Below the pieces are notes generated by a model, which was given only the letters and a program-made list of their open reading frames with translations, was not told the origin of the DNA and made no database searches. Positions 36,025-46,567 of a stretch of 64,000 nt of DNA are shown here, in pieces (positions within the stretch are counted from its first letter, which is position 1; each line of letters opens with the position of its first letter). A program made the position numbers and the translations under genes. Source of the stretch: a virus (lineage: Duplodnaviria; Caudoviricetes); the IMG/VR virus record IMGVR_UViG_3300011979_000363, positions 24,775 to 88,774 of that record. One strand, 5' to 3'.

Positions 36025-37710
36025 ATGGAAGGAAGTGTACATGATAAGCGTCCCACGATCGTGTTGCAGCCTTATAATGCTACGGCAGCCAATTATAAAT
36101 ATCATAGTCCCTCTGATGATAAGTTGGCTATATTGGTATGTCGTATCAGAACGTGGCATGCTACCGCGCCCAATTGGTTCACTCCTCACGATTCAGATGA
36201 TTCGTGTATGACCATTCGTGAGTGTGAGAGCATTGAAATCACCAATTCTTATAAGGAGTTGATCAGTAAGGCTGTTGTCAAGTTTCCACGTGGCACTGTT
36301 GTTTCCAGACGTTCCCCGAACGGTACGTTAAAAGACAACGCAAAGATTGACAACAAGGCCGTGTCAGGCACGATTAAAGACACTACGCATGGTGGCGATA
36401 CGCTGACCTATTATCAGCAGGATGAAGGCAATCTTACTGAGCGGTCAGCAAAGAATGAATATCAGGCTGTCAAACAAATGGTCTCTTTGGATGGTTCAAG
36501 AGAGCAGACTGGATTGAGGAAGATGAATGCCACTCAGGATGAGAAATATCTTCTTGCTCCAGATGATTTTACTACTGAGAACCGTATAGAGATATATTGC
36601 GGTTATGCTTATTCTGATGAAGAGTTTAAGAAGATGATGAAAGACGAGAAGAACGTCCCAGACAATATGGAGATGGTCTTTACGGGGTTCATCACCAAGT
36701 GCTCCGTTTCCACTCCTTTGGAAGTTGAATGTGAGAATATGGCACACGTGTTTACTACCATTAACGTCCCAGACATCACAGAGAAAGGCAAGACTTCTTT
36801 GAGAGATTTTCTCGATCCTAAGGGAAAATACAGACTTCTTCAAGGTACTGGAATTGGTTTGAAGCTTGGTAATTCCAACTTTGATATAGAGGTCAGTGGC
36901 TTTCATATTAGCAGTCAGTTGACCATAGCTGATGTCTTTGCTCAGTGGCAGCAAAGTGCCATTATGTGTATGATGACCAATGAGGAAGATGGCACGTCTA
37001 TGCTGAAAGTCGGGAAGAACTTCTATGTTGATGGCGGCGCTGGTGATTTGCCAGTTGGTAAGAAAAACTACATCACTTATTCCGATAGAAAAAGCTATGT
37101 GGTCATTCAGTTTGACTGGGATGTCGCTGAGGATAAATTGGAACTAAAAAACACTGATAAAAAATACTTAGCTATCAAGGCACAAGGAAGAGATTCAAAA
37201 TCCTTAAAGCCATTTGGTTTCACGCTCAGACGTGTCGATGGTAAAGGAGACGGCTTTGAGGTATCGAGTGATGAAGGAACGAGTTGGCAGGTTGTCAATG
37301 AGAAGAAGATTGCTCCTAAGGCACGCAGAAAAAAGAAAGATGGCACATTAGGGAAACGACCTCAGGGGTATCGTACCGTCAATCTGAACAGAGTAAGGAC
37401 TAATGATTATAATATCATTCCTTATATCAAGTCTCAGCCTTGTACGAGGGATCAGCTTATTGCAGAAGCCAAACAATATTGGCGGAATTATGTTCCCAAT
37501 GGTGTATCTGGATCACTGGTCATTTTTGGAGATTTACCAGTTCAACCAGCCGATATTGTTGCCTTGATCGACCCACGTCAACCCATCAAGAATGGTTGGT
37601 ATATGGTTCAGGATGTGAATGTTACTTTTGGTACGAATGGGTTTCGTAAAGAATTGAAGATACCTTATAAAGTAGCCGATTTTAAGAAGATTCCCATGAT
37701 TATATTATAA
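36025..37710 (+). CDS. baseplate hub (late control D / Mu gp44-like)
   Basis: ESIEI.NSY.EL...AVVKFP, IEIYCGY, VFTGFIT, GSLVIFG.....PADIV.L.D......GWYMV..V...FGTNGFRKE. Confidence 0.8.
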   Translation: MEGSVHDKRPTIVLQPYNATAANYKYHSPSDDKLAILVCRIRTWHATAPNWFTPHDSDDSCMTIRECESIEITNSYKELISKAVVKFPRGTVVSRRSPNGTLKDNAKIDNKAVSGTIKDTTHGGDTLTYYQQDEGNLTERSAKNEYQAVKQMVSLDGSREQTGLRKMNATQDEKYLLAPDDFTTENRIEIYCGYAYSDEEFKKMMKDEKNVPDNMEMVFTGFITKCSVSTPLEVECENMAHVFTTINVPDITEKGKTSLRDFLDPKGKYRLLQGTGIGLKLGNSNFDIEVSGFHISSQLTIADVFAQWQQSAIMCMMTNEEDGTSMLKVGKNFYVDGGAGDLPVGKKNYITYSDRKSYVVIQFDWDVAEDKLELKNTDKKYLAIKAQGRDSKSLKPFGFTLRRVDGKGDGFEVSSDEGTSWQVVNEKKIAPKARRKKKDGTLGKRPQGYRTVNLNRVRTNDYNIIPYIKSQPCTRDQLIAEAKQYWRNYVPNGVSGSLVIFGDLPVQPADIVALIDPRQPIKNGWYMVQDVNVTFGTNGFRKELKIPYKVADFKKIPMIIL

Positions 37711-37721
37711 TTTATACAGAA

Positions 37722-38513
37722 ATGAGTTTACGAGGAAAGATAAATAATGCCGCCCCAGATTTTTATAAGGCTATCCAGCAAAGGGCTTTGTCTGGCAAGT
37801 TGGACAGAGATGGTGGTGCTTTAGGCACGAGGAAGATTTATGGTTATGTATGCAGGGTGCATGATTTTGATGATGAAGATGATGAGTTGAAGGGCACTGT
37901 AGACGTTCAGGAGTATGATTATATAAAGGACGATGAAGATGATTATATAGACGGTGCTGGGCATCATATTGGCGTTCTTTGTTCGGCTATTAATAACAAT
38001 TCTGATGGTGTGTGGATGATGCCTACATTGTTTTCAGATGTTGTTATCACTCAGAACCCTAAAGATAAAAGAGAATACGTGTTGATGTATTCACATGTGG
38101 ACGCTGTTCAGTTTAAGAGCCATAAGACCGTTAAGATAGGTGTAGAGGAGACAGAAGAGCCGCAAGAAGATAAGGAAGTTCCTGATTTGGAAAAGACAGA
38201 ACTCTCTGCATCTGTTGATATTGATAAAGGAACTATTCTTGATACTATTAAGACAAAGAATGGCACTGTCACTATAAAGAAAACTATTGATGGCGTTGAT
38301 ATTGCCGCTCAGCAAGGAACCACTATCCATATAGGCTCAGATGGTAATATTAATGTCTATGCCCAAAAGACAATTACTATCAAAGGTGGCAATGTCGTAA
38401 AACAAGGCACCTGTAAACCTGATGGCAAAGGAGTTTTCTGCGGTATTCCAGTGTGCCCGTTTACAGGTGCAATACATGGAGGAAGTACTATTAATGGAAT
38501 AGGAGATAAATAA
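37722..38513 (+). CDS. baseplate spike (gpV-like)
   Basis: OB-fold-like N-terminus (GTVDVQ...P.LFSDVVI), beta-rich middle, C-terminal CPFTGAIH. Confidence 0.7.
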   Translation: MSLRGKINNAAPDFYKAIQQRALSGKLDRDGGALGTRKIYGYVCRVHDFDDEDDELKGTVDVQEYDYIKDDEDDYIDGAGHHIGVLCSAINNNSDGVWMMPTLFSDVVITQNPKDKREYVLMYSHVDAVQFKSHKTVKIGVEETEEPQEDKEVPDLEKTELSASVDIDKGTILDTIKTKNGTVTIKKTIDGVDIAAQQGTTIHIGSDGNINVYAQKTITIKGGNVVKQGTCKPDGKGVFCGIPVCPFTGAIHGGSTINGIGDK

Positions 38514-38542
38514 TAATTATAATTTCATTTAATATAAGCGAT

Positions 38543-38839
38543 ATGAGAAAGATTTATGGTTTAGTAAAAAAGATTAATTGCTGGTTAGCATCGTTTGGCG
38601 TAGACAGATATTTGCATCTGTTGGCAGGCTTGATTATCAGTTTCTTTGTGGCATTATTCATGCTGAAAGTAGGCCATGAGACTGTTGATTCAAGTTTGGT
38701 TTTTGGTATGATGATAACAGTTATTGTCGGTGCCTTAAAAGAAGTTTTTGATCAGGCTTATGATGCATCCTCTGATGGTATTGACTGGTTGTTTACCTGC
38801 ATTGGAGGCGTTATCGGCCTTGTACTTTGGCTTTTGTAA
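38543..38839 (+). CDS. small membrane protein (VanZ/YfiM-like)
   Basis: DRYLHLLAGLII...GALKEVFD...D..D...T.IGG with hydrophobic helices. Confidence 0.65.
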   Translation: MRKIYGLVKKINCWLASFGVDRYLHLLAGLIISFFVALFMLKVGHETVDSSLVFGMMITVIVGALKEVFDQAYDASSDGIDWLFTCIGGVIGLVLWLL

Positions 38840-38842
38840 TCC

Positions 38843-39430
38843 ATGAGTGCTCAGAGTTTTGCCCAGCAAATATGCTCTGAAATAAAAGGAGCTGTAGGGG
38901 GTAAGGATAGTGGTGGCAATTATAACAGCAGTACTCCTCAATTGTGTCAGGCTGCTATTGCAAAAGCCATTACCAATTACTTAATTTCCCATGTGACGGT
39001 ACATGCTGCTTATAATGGCATGACCACTTCCACTCCCCCAGCTCCCGATATTGTTCCTGACGAACATTTTAAGATCGTGGGAGTTTGTGCTCCAACCTCT
39101 ACTCCTCAGAATTTTGCCGCATGGATTAAGGATTTGGAAAGCAAGATTGTTGCTGGGTTTGTTATTACACCCCCCGGAACTAATGCAGTGACCACTACCC
39201 CATTCAAGCCCTTTATGACTGGAGGATTGACTATCTCTCAGCAAGCGCTTAAATCAGCGCATGAAGGGAATATGAAAGACCCGATGGAAAAGACATGGAC
39301 AAAAGTCTGTCAGAGTATTTTAGATTGGATTAATCAGCAAAAAGCGAAAAATGTAAGTGCTGCCGGACTTCCAGCTTCAAGACCCGGTTCTGTTGGAACT
39401 GTTACCCTTACGACATTGGAAGTGTCATAA
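38843..39430 (+). CDS. hypothetical baseplate-region protein
   Basis: 195-aa ORF in operon. Confidence 0.75.
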   Translation: MSAQSFAQQICSEIKGAVGGKDSGGNYNSSTPQLCQAAIAKAITNYLISHVTVHAAYNGMTTSTPPAPDIVPDEHFKIVGVCAPTSTPQNFAAWIKDLESKIVAGFVITPPGTNAVTTTPFKPFMTGGLTISQQALKSAHEGNMKDPMEKTWTKVCQSILDWINQQKAKNVSAAGLPASRPGSVGTVTLTTLEVS

Positions 39431-39471
39431 CTAAAAATCTTTTGTCATATACTATTTATTAGAAACAAAAT

Positions 39472-40977
39472 ATGGCAAAAGATATACTTGTAAACACTAA
39501 TAGTGGAGATTTTATTCCTAAAAGCTGGGATAAAAAAGTTGAGTATTATGATACAGTTTGGGGAAAGCTGTTCGATACTGATACAGACGATATTCTTTAT
39601 TTGAACATTATCATACCTTATCGAAAAGCCAGTCAGGTAAGTTATGATGCTAATGGAGAATATTCATGTAAGATACATGTTGATTATTACGGAGAAGCCA
39701 AGTCATTTTTTGTCCGTCTTGTTTCCAGAAGCAGTGTCATTGGGGAATATATAGACCTTCATTTATCCAACCAGAAATGTCCGAACAGCTGTGAATGTAA
39801 ATACAGGCAGACATTTATGGATATGCCTAAGCCGATATACGCCTCTCAGCTTCAAATAATCAATATTAATGGCTACTATCAGGTTCAATTCAAACGTTAT
39901 AAAGGCGGTAACATTGAGCGGTCTTTTATCTATCAAGCTGATGACATAGATTTTGAGATTGGCAATGGAGACAACCAATCCGCTCAGTTACTTGCCAGAT
40001 GTGCCCCTGGCAAATACTATCGTTATCCCACATCTGGTGTAGATCTTACCAAATATATTGGCTCTGTTGTAGAACATTCAGACTTGAAAGAAAAACTTTC
40101 TGATGAGTTTGACAGAGATAACAAGAACATTTCAGAAGCCTCTTTTGACAATGAGAATGGTAATTTAGAAATATTGTTTACCAGTGCTAATGAAGCTGAT
40201 GATAAAAACTTAGATGATGTCAGTAAACTTGATGTAGAACTTTTACGAGTTGCTGATGATGATTATATAAGGTCATTGTATAAGGCTGCACAAGGATTGC
40301 TTACAGACAATGAAGGGTTCAGAAGTGATGTACTTGATTGGTCGGGAATGATTGTCGGCATGTGGGATGTTGGTGGAGAATGCCAATTGGATAAATTACC
40401 TTATTCTTTCCCCATGACTTATAACCGTATACGATTTTCTGGATTAGAAAAAGATTTGAATATGGGGTATGAAGTGGGTGTATGGAGTGATATTAAGCCG
40501 GGTGTGCTTTATGCCGTTGATTATGTCGGGGTGATGCCAGAAATGCATTTAGATTCTGGTAATCATGAGAACATAAAGTATAGTTATTTTTATCACGATC
40601 CACTTTTCATGGTTCAGACCTCAGATGGTAGAAAATATGTCGATGAAGATTATCGAATTATTACCCGTAGTGGAGTTGATAAGATAGATTGTAAAAATTA
40701 TTACAATAACCCAAATCGTAAGTTATTTATGGCGTTGGAACCATGTACAGCGTATTGTTATATCGGTACAAATACGAGTGATGGAAATACATCTGAAAGT
40801 GGCGGTGGACTGAGAACCGTTTCAGATAAGCGAGGAAATTATGCCAGTGTTTTGGCATTGGCTGTCCATCCTAAGACTGGGAAAATGTATGGTATTATTA
40901 CTTATGATTCTGATATTGAAGAAGTGATGATAGAAAAAGACACCAACAGACTATTAGTTATAAAACAAAGTAAATAA
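39472..40977 (+). CDS. baseplate protein with a gp25-like (sheath initiator) segment
   Basis: IGNGDNQSAQLLARCAPGKYYRYPTSGVDL..YI pattern; preceded by ACTATT motif at 39451. Confidence 0.55.
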   Translation: MAKDILVNTNSGDFIPKSWDKKVEYYDTVWGKLFDTDTDDILYLNIIIPYRKASQVSYDANGEYSCKIHVDYYGEAKSFFVRLVSRSSVIGEYIDLHLSNQKCPNSCECKYRQTFMDMPKPIYASQLQIININGYYQVQFKRYKGGNIERSFIYQADDIDFEIGNGDNQSAQLLARCAPGKYYRYPTSGVDLTKYIGSVVEHSDLKEKLSDEFDRDNKNISEASFDNENGNLEILFTSANEADDKNLDDVSKLDVELLRVADDDYIRSLYKAAQGLLTDNEGFRSDVLDWSGMIVGMWDVGGECQLDKLPYSFPMTYNRIRFSGLEKDLNMGYEVGVWSDIKPGVLYAVDYVGVMPEMHLDSGNHENIKYSYFYHDPLFMVQTSDGRKYVDEDYRIITRSGVDKIDCKNYYNNPNRKLFMALEPCTAYCYIGTNTSDGNTSESGGGLRTVSDKRGNYASVLALAVHPKTGKMYGIITYDSDIEEVMIEKDTNRLLVIKQSK

Positions 40978-40980
40978 ATA

Positions 40981-41757
40981 ATGGCAAACTCACAAATAGT
41001 TTCTATAGGCAGTGTTGCTAAATTCAGAGGCACTTATGATGACTTGAGCGTTTATTATTATCTGAATGTTGTTACGCTAAAAGGGAGCGTTTTTCAGGCT
41101 TCTGGTGACAATTTTAAGGGTCAGCCACCACTTACTGTTGCTGATGACGGAACGGTATCATTGGCTAATACGAATGTATGGAATTGCGTAGTAGACAACA
41201 CAGCCATCTATAATGCGGCTTTGCCTAAGGTGGCCTTGACAGATCAAGTAACCGCTTTACAGACAGAGCTTGCCAATGTCAAGACTTCAGTCTCTACTGA
41301 GGTGAGTGACAGAGTTGCGGCCGTTAAGGGCGTTACTGACATGATAGGTGCGTCAGATGGTATTGCAGCCTTGAAAGGTGGAAAGCTATCAGCAGAAGTC
41401 TTGCCAAATGATGTGTTTGATGTTATTCCGCTTACGGAGTTGACTGATGTTGAGAAAACTACAGCTCCTTTTGTTGCTGGTGATTATTATTATTGCGTTG
41501 GTACTAAGAAGCTCTATCTGTCTACTAAGGGAGCTGATGATAAGTTATCGTGGACTGAGCAGGAGTTGTCTAAGGATAAACTTTATATTGATCGTTCAGG
41601 TCGTGGAATATACATATACAAAGAGAACAACGGACTGATAAAAGTCGTCCCTCAAAATGTTCCTAAGATGGCCATTGTATCACAAGACGAGTATGACGCT
41701 CTTGTTGCAGCTGATAATATAGATTCTGATACCTATTATAATATTCTTGAGGAATGA
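40981..41757 (+). CDS. tail fibre-associated protein
   Basis: N-terminal FRGTY.....YYYLNVV...GSVF module; C-terminal SQDEYDAL......DTYY.I.EE motif typical of phage fibre genes. Confidence 0.6.
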   Translation: MANSQIVSIGSVAKFRGTYDDLSVYYYLNVVTLKGSVFQASGDNFKGQPPLTVADDGTVSLANTNVWNCVVDNTAIYNAALPKVALTDQVTALQTELANVKTSVSTEVSDRVAAVKGVTDMIGASDGIAALKGGKLSAEVLPNDVFDVIPLTELTDVEKTTAPFVAGDYYYCVGTKKLYLSTKGADDKLSWTEQELSKDKLYIDRSGRGIYIYKENNGLIKVVPQNVPKMAIVSQDEYDALVAADNIDSDTYYNILEE

Positions 41758-41927
41758 TAGTAAGAGGAACTTTATCCGTATCAGCACGCTACTATGGAGC
41801 AAAAGCTGTGAGTGCTGTGTATTATGGGACTAAACTTGTATGGGAAGCTATTTCCTCATGTTTTGGAAGCGGTTACTGGATAGGTGAGAAGCCGTGGAAA
41901 AGTGAGGACGCTTGGTTGAGTAAATAA
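41754..41927 (+). CDS. 57-aa protein missing from the ORF track
   Basis: ATGA overlap with previous stop; MIVRG...AVYYGTKLVWEAISSCFGSGYWIGEKPW. Confidence 0.7.
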   Translation: MIVRGTLSVSARYYGAKAVSAVYYGTKLVWEAISSCFGSGYWIGEKPWKSEDAWLSK

Positions 41928-41941
41928 ATAAGAATAACAAT

Positions 41942-44900
41942 ATGGCAAAGAAAATCACTTCAGATACACTTATCAATCCGTCTCAGAGTTGGAGCGGAAA
42001 AGTTCACGATGGTTATGCAGCATCTTCCGATGCGTTGCCGTTCAGTGGTGATCAAGTTGAGACATTTATCAAAAATCAGATCAAAGGTAAAAATGGATAT
42101 GTAGTCATTGAGAATGGTTATATCCTTTGTTTCCCAGATGAAGAGACTTATCAGGCGTTTATCACTCCTGACAATGAACTCTATCAGGATGAGCAGAAAT
42201 GCCTTATTTGTCCTAAGGCACAACTCCCTACAACTGGTGGTGAGACTAAGAGTGACGCTCTTGCTATCTATGGCATTGACGCTACTCAGTATTATACCAA
42301 AGGAGCATCAACAATTACCCTTAAATTCAAGGTAAGGAACATTGTAGACGGTGAAACAAATACGGATATAAATGTTTTGATTACTGATGCTAATGGTGTT
42401 TCTTTATATAACAGATTGCGTCCGGCAGCTGATAGTGACGGTTATTATACGGCGGTGATTCCTGGAAGCAGTTTGAAGAATATCGAGAACACTTCCGATA
42501 TTATCACTCTTACTGTTACGAGATCTGGAGAGGAACGAGAAGTGTCACGTAATATCACTATCCGATGCGTTGATCTCAGTTTATCTCTTGATAAGGACTT
42601 TAACCTTGGCATTATCAATCCGTCGAGCATTAATTATGTTCCTATATTCACGTTGCCACAAGGTGTTACTGCCCTTAAGTTGTGTATTGACCTCTATGCA
42701 CCGTCCAATGAGCTGTTCAAACATTTTGAGACTGCCAATTTAGTTACCAATAACCTTGCCAGTGTTGCACTTGACTGGAGCAATATGCCCATGTCGGGTG
42801 TCTATATGGCTAAGGCATATTTGGATATGGGTAATGGCATGGTACAAAGTAATGTAGTGAAATCGAGACTTATGGGCGTGCTTGATGCTCAGAAAGACGG
42901 CACTACTCTTGTTGCCATTGAGCCTATCGGGACAGCTACACTTTATGAGAATATAGTTCCACGTATTTATGTCTATAACGCTGGGCAGGAGACGGCGCAT
43001 GTTCGTATCTCACTGAATAATGGTAATAAGACAGAGCTGAGTATTCCTACTGGGAGAATTTATATTGACTATACTGCTACTGTTGAAGATTCCAATAATA
43101 CTTTACGCGTGGAAGTCATTGACAGCAATAGCAATGTGGTTGCTGTTGGTGAAGATACATTTACCGCTACCGGTGATTTCAACTGGAAGACCATTGCAGG
43201 CTATAGATATAACCTTGTAGCGAAGAGCCGCTCTAACTCAGAACTTCCAACACCTGCTCATTGGGGATATGTCAACTCTCTTACGGATGGAAAATGGAAA
43301 GGCAGCACTCAGGAACTTACTAAATTCACCAATGTAAAGTTCAATGATTATGGTAGTGGATGGACTACTAACTCCTTACACCTTGTTGGGGGTGGTAAAG
43401 CAGCGATTAACTATCCAATATTCTATGATACTACGGCTTATAGCGAACGTAATAATGGTGGTGGTGTGTTGGCCAAGGGCAGAACACTGAGAATACGTTT
43501 CAAGACTAACAATGTCGTTGACAATTCCAAACATCTTATTGAATGCTGGGATGGTAAGGTCGGATTTTGGGTCACTGCCGATACCATTTATGTTAAGATG
43601 GGTGAAGGCGGTGAGATTACTACAGACCCTTGGAATGGCGATCAGGCAACTCAGAACAACCGTCATTTTGATGCCAACACCCCAATAGATTTAGCCATTA
43701 CCATCCAGCCATACTATAACGCCTCTTTCCAAGAGACTGGACATTTTGCGACTATGTATGTCAATGGTCAGTTTGCAGGTGAGGCCAAGTTGACAAATAC
43801 TTCACTTACTCAGTCGAGTGCCATGCCAATTACTCTTAATTCTGAGGGCGCAGATTTGGATGTTTATGAGATTACCGCTTATGAGAGCTGTCTTTCTTCA
43901 TTCCAGATCCTGCAAAATTTTGTCATGGGTTTGGGCAGTCTTGCTGACATGAAGACAGAGTTCCAAAAGAATCAGTGTTATACTGGTGATGGAACCGTGA
44001 ACTTCAATGAGACTTTCAAATATTGTCTGTGGCTTTCCCAGCGTGCAGGAGATACAGTTGACGGCACACTGAACATCCTTGTAAACACCTATACCTTTCC
44101 GCCAGAAGAGACATCAACAGACACTATTGCCCCTGGTCAGCAGGAGCTTGAACTGTTCTTCTTCAAGAATGGTAAGGTGGACACGGACAGATCCATTAAG
44201 TATGTAGGCAAAAATAATAAAGATCTGCGTGTCAGAATACAAGGAACATCTACCGCTTTTGAATACAGAAAGAACATGCGATATGATGTTAAGGGAACTG
44301 TCCAAGTATATCGCTGGAGTGAGGAAGCTTATAAAGCGGCTGGTTCACTCAATCCTTCTGACGGTTGGGTATACAAAGAGGATAGGACAAAGCTTAATCT
44401 TTATATCCGTGGCAACAAGACCACTGAGAACGCTTGTAAGATTCTCACTACCAAGACGAATTATAATGAATCCACGTCTACGAGAAACCTGCCTATGGCC
44501 AAGTGGAGTGAGGACGCTATGCGATACCTTTCTCAGCATGGTTATCCAGACATTCTTACACCGCCACAAAAGGCTGACAGTAAGATCAGACAGTGTATTG
44601 ACGGTATTCCAGCCGTTCAGTTTACCCATAATGTAGGCAGTAGCGATTATCAGTTCAGTGGAAAGATAGACCTTATCACTGATAAGAAGAATGCTTCCGT
44701 GTTCGGTTTTTCTGATGGTGGTCACGATTATTCAGCAGAGTTCCGTAACGGGAATACTGATATTTGTGATTTCCGTTGTCCAGATCTTACTAAGGCTGGT
44801 AAATACCTTGATGGAACGTTTGCCGATACGAAGAAAGGTTATGACTGTTTTGAATATCGTTGGCCAGACCTTGATACTGGAGACGTGTATTATGGTGACG

Positions 44901-46480
44901 GCTATATTGGTAAAGACAGTGCTTTGCAGAGACTGTTTGACTTTGTGTTCAATTGTCATCCTGACTTTATCGGTTATAAGTCAAAGAATGGTCAGCTTAG
45001 TTCCACGAATGCTACACTCACCATTAAGGGCGTTTCAGGTTATCCTGACAACAAGGATAATCGTTTGAAGAAGTTCAAGGAAGAACTGAAATATTATGTC
45101 AATGTTGATTCTTTCACCTTTAACGCCTTTGCTTCACGTGTGCACCTATGGACAGACCAGAGAGGTAAGAACCAGTTCTATACCCATTTTGACGGAGATG
45201 AGGTTGTGGCTGATTTTGATGATGACATAAATGTCAAGGGAACTAAGTATGAGGTATTGAGGTTGCTTCCTTACGATATTGATACCTCAGAGCGTGGCGA
45301 CAATGCTTCACGTCTGCGTTATGACTTTACTCGTCTGTATGGCGATGCTGATGTTTATAATGATACTGTTTCTGTTGTCACGGCGGCTAAAGAGTGGCTT
45401 GCCAGTCAGGATGTCGTTGAGGATAAGGACAAGTTTATTAATGAACGTATCTTAAACAAGCATAGTGCTTTGTATGAACTTCTTGATGCTACGATGCAGG
45501 AGACTTATGCTGATATGTTTGCTCAGCTTTCAAAGGGCGGTCTGCTTGGTGAGGAGTCAATCAGAAAATACGCCTTTACGAATGAAGTTGACTGCTATAA
45601 CTCAGTTATTTATAATGCTGATACTGCTTATAAATATATGGCTTCCGGCACCTATGCAGACCAACAGAAAGCGCATGGCTCAGCTAAAGAAGACTTGCTT
45701 TGGTGGGCTAAAGGACGTATGTATTTTATGGGCGGTGAGAATGGTGCTGGCGACTTTACAAGCTCTACACTTGATGGCGTAATGTGTATGGATAGTGTTC
45801 TTGATGACTGGAACAGAGCCAATCGAATTTCAAATGACACCATCACCATCTCCATTAAGTCGCAATACAGAAACTATATTGACGCAAGTTTTGGTACTGG
45901 TGGCTCAGCACAAAGAGCGTATGCAGAAGATCCTACTAAGTATTATAACGTGAAGTTGAACACTACAGGTATCAGCAATGAGGATAGTGGTCGTTTCCAT
46001 CTTTATGGCCAGCGATACTACGCTGACATTGCAGATTTCTCCCATCTCTATATCCAGTCAATTACTAACTGGGGCGGTTGTACTGCTCTGAGAATGTTGA
46101 AGTTTGGTGATAAGGATGAACGTTATAAGAACCCAGTGTTGCAGAGTATCAAGCAAAAGGGAGATACTTTTGGAGCTGAGGTAGTGGATTTGCGTAACTG
46201 TACGGCATATGCTGACAGTGATTTCAGGGCTTTTCCATCTATGAAGGAGTTGTATCTTACAGGTTGTTCTGCACTTCTTGAAATGCAACTTCCAGCTACG
46301 AATAACTTGGAGAAGTTGTATGCCCCGAAGAACCTTACTAAGATTGAGCTTAATGGGCTTGATAAGCTGACAGAATTTGACGTTGAGGGTATCGGCAATG
46401 CGGAGGCTATATCTGTTAAAGGGTGTCCTGATGTGGTTGTGGAAAGCGTGATAAATAGACTGACTGACTATTATAAGTAA
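41942..46480 (+). CDS. giant tail-region protein: beta-rich/LamG-like region, CotH-like kinase domain, C-terminal LRR
   Basis: 1512 aa; DQRGKNQF and LLPYDIDTSERGDN resemble CotH motifs; LRMLKFG, MKELYLTGC..L, LEKLYAP, LTKIELNG repeats. Confidence 0.65.
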   Translation: MAKKITSDTLINPSQSWSGKVHDGYAASSDALPFSGDQVETFIKNQIKGKNGYVVIENGYILCFPDEETYQAFITPDNELYQDEQKCLICPKAQLPTTGGETKSDALAIYGIDATQYYTKGASTITLKFKVRNIVDGETNTDINVLITDANGVSLYNRLRPAADSDGYYTAVIPGSSLKNIENTSDIITLTVTRSGEEREVSRNITIRCVDLSLSLDKDFNLGIINPSSINYVPIFTLPQGVTALKLCIDLYAPSNELFKHFETANLVTNNLASVALDWSNMPMSGVYMAKAYLDMGNGMVQSNVVKSRLMGVLDAQKDGTTLVAIEPIGTATLYENIVPRIYVYNAGQETAHVRISLNNGNKTELSIPTGRIYIDYTATVEDSNNTLRVEVIDSNSNVVAVGEDTFTATGDFNWKTIAGYRYNLVAKSRSNSELPTPAHWGYVNSLTDGKWKGSTQELTKFTNVKFNDYGSGWTTNSLHLVGGGKAAINYPIFYDTTAYSERNNGGGVLAKGRTLRIRFKTNNVVDNSKHLIECWDGKVGFWVTADTIYVKMGEGGEITTDPWNGDQATQNNRHFDANTPIDLAITIQPYYNASFQETGHFATMYVNGQFAGEAKLTNTSLTQSSAMPITLNSEGADLDVYEITAYESCLSSFQILQNFVMGLGSLADMKTEFQKNQCYTGDGTVNFNETFKYCLWLSQRAGDTVDGTLNILVNTYTFPPEETSTDTIAPGQQELELFFFKNGKVDTDRSIKYVGKNNKDLRVRIQGTSTAFEYRKNMRYDVKGTVQVYRWSEEAYKAAGSLNPSDGWVYKEDRTKLNLYIRGNKTTENACKILTTKTNYNESTSTRNLPMAKWSEDAMRYLSQHGYPDILTPPQKADSKIRQCIDGIPAVQFTHNVGSSDYQFSGKIDLITDKKNASVFGFSDGGHDYSAEFRNGNTDICDFRCPDLTKAGKYLDGTFADTKKGYDCFEYRWPDLDTGDVYYGDGYIGKDSALQRLFDFVFNCHPDFIGYKSKNGQLSSTNATLTIKGVSGYPDNKDNRLKKFKEELKYYVNVDSFTFNAFASRVHLWTDQRGKNQFYTHFDGDEVVADFDDDINVKGTKYEVLRLLPYDIDTSERGDNASRLRYDFTRLYGDADVYNDTVSVVTAAKEWLASQDVVEDKDKFINERILNKHSALYELLDATMQETYADMFAQLSKGGLLGEESIRKYAFTNEVDCYNSVIYNADTAYKYMASGTYADQQKAHGSAKEDLLWWAKGRMYFMGGENGAGDFTSSTLDGVMCMDSVLDDWNRANRISNDTITISIKSQYRNYIDASFGTGGSAQRAYAEDPTKYYNVKLNTTGISNEDSGRFHLYGQRYYADIADFSHLYIQSITNWGGCTALRMLKFGDKDERYKNPVLQSIKQKGDTFGAEVVDLRNCTAYADSDFRAFPSMKELYLTGCSALLEMQLPATNNLEKLYAPKNLTKIELNGLDKLTEFDVEGIGNAEAISVKGCPDVVVESVINRLTDYYK

Positions 46481-46485
46481 CTCTT

Positions 46486-46508
46486 GGGCGGCTGCTCAGC
46501 AGCCGCTT
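46486..46508 (+). terminator. GC-rich hairpin before the DGR target gene
   Basis: GCGGCTGC-tca-GCAGCCGC. Confidence 0.55.
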
Positions 46509-46567
46509 ACAGAACGGGAGACCGGATAAGAAATGGAAAGTGGAAAATGGAGATATAAATAAGAGAT

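Noticed and set aside
46530-46555. GAAATGGAAAGTGGAAAATGG purine repeat as a scar of a four-helix-bundle (Avd-like) gene
   Set aside because: Too short, and no coding remnant is visible
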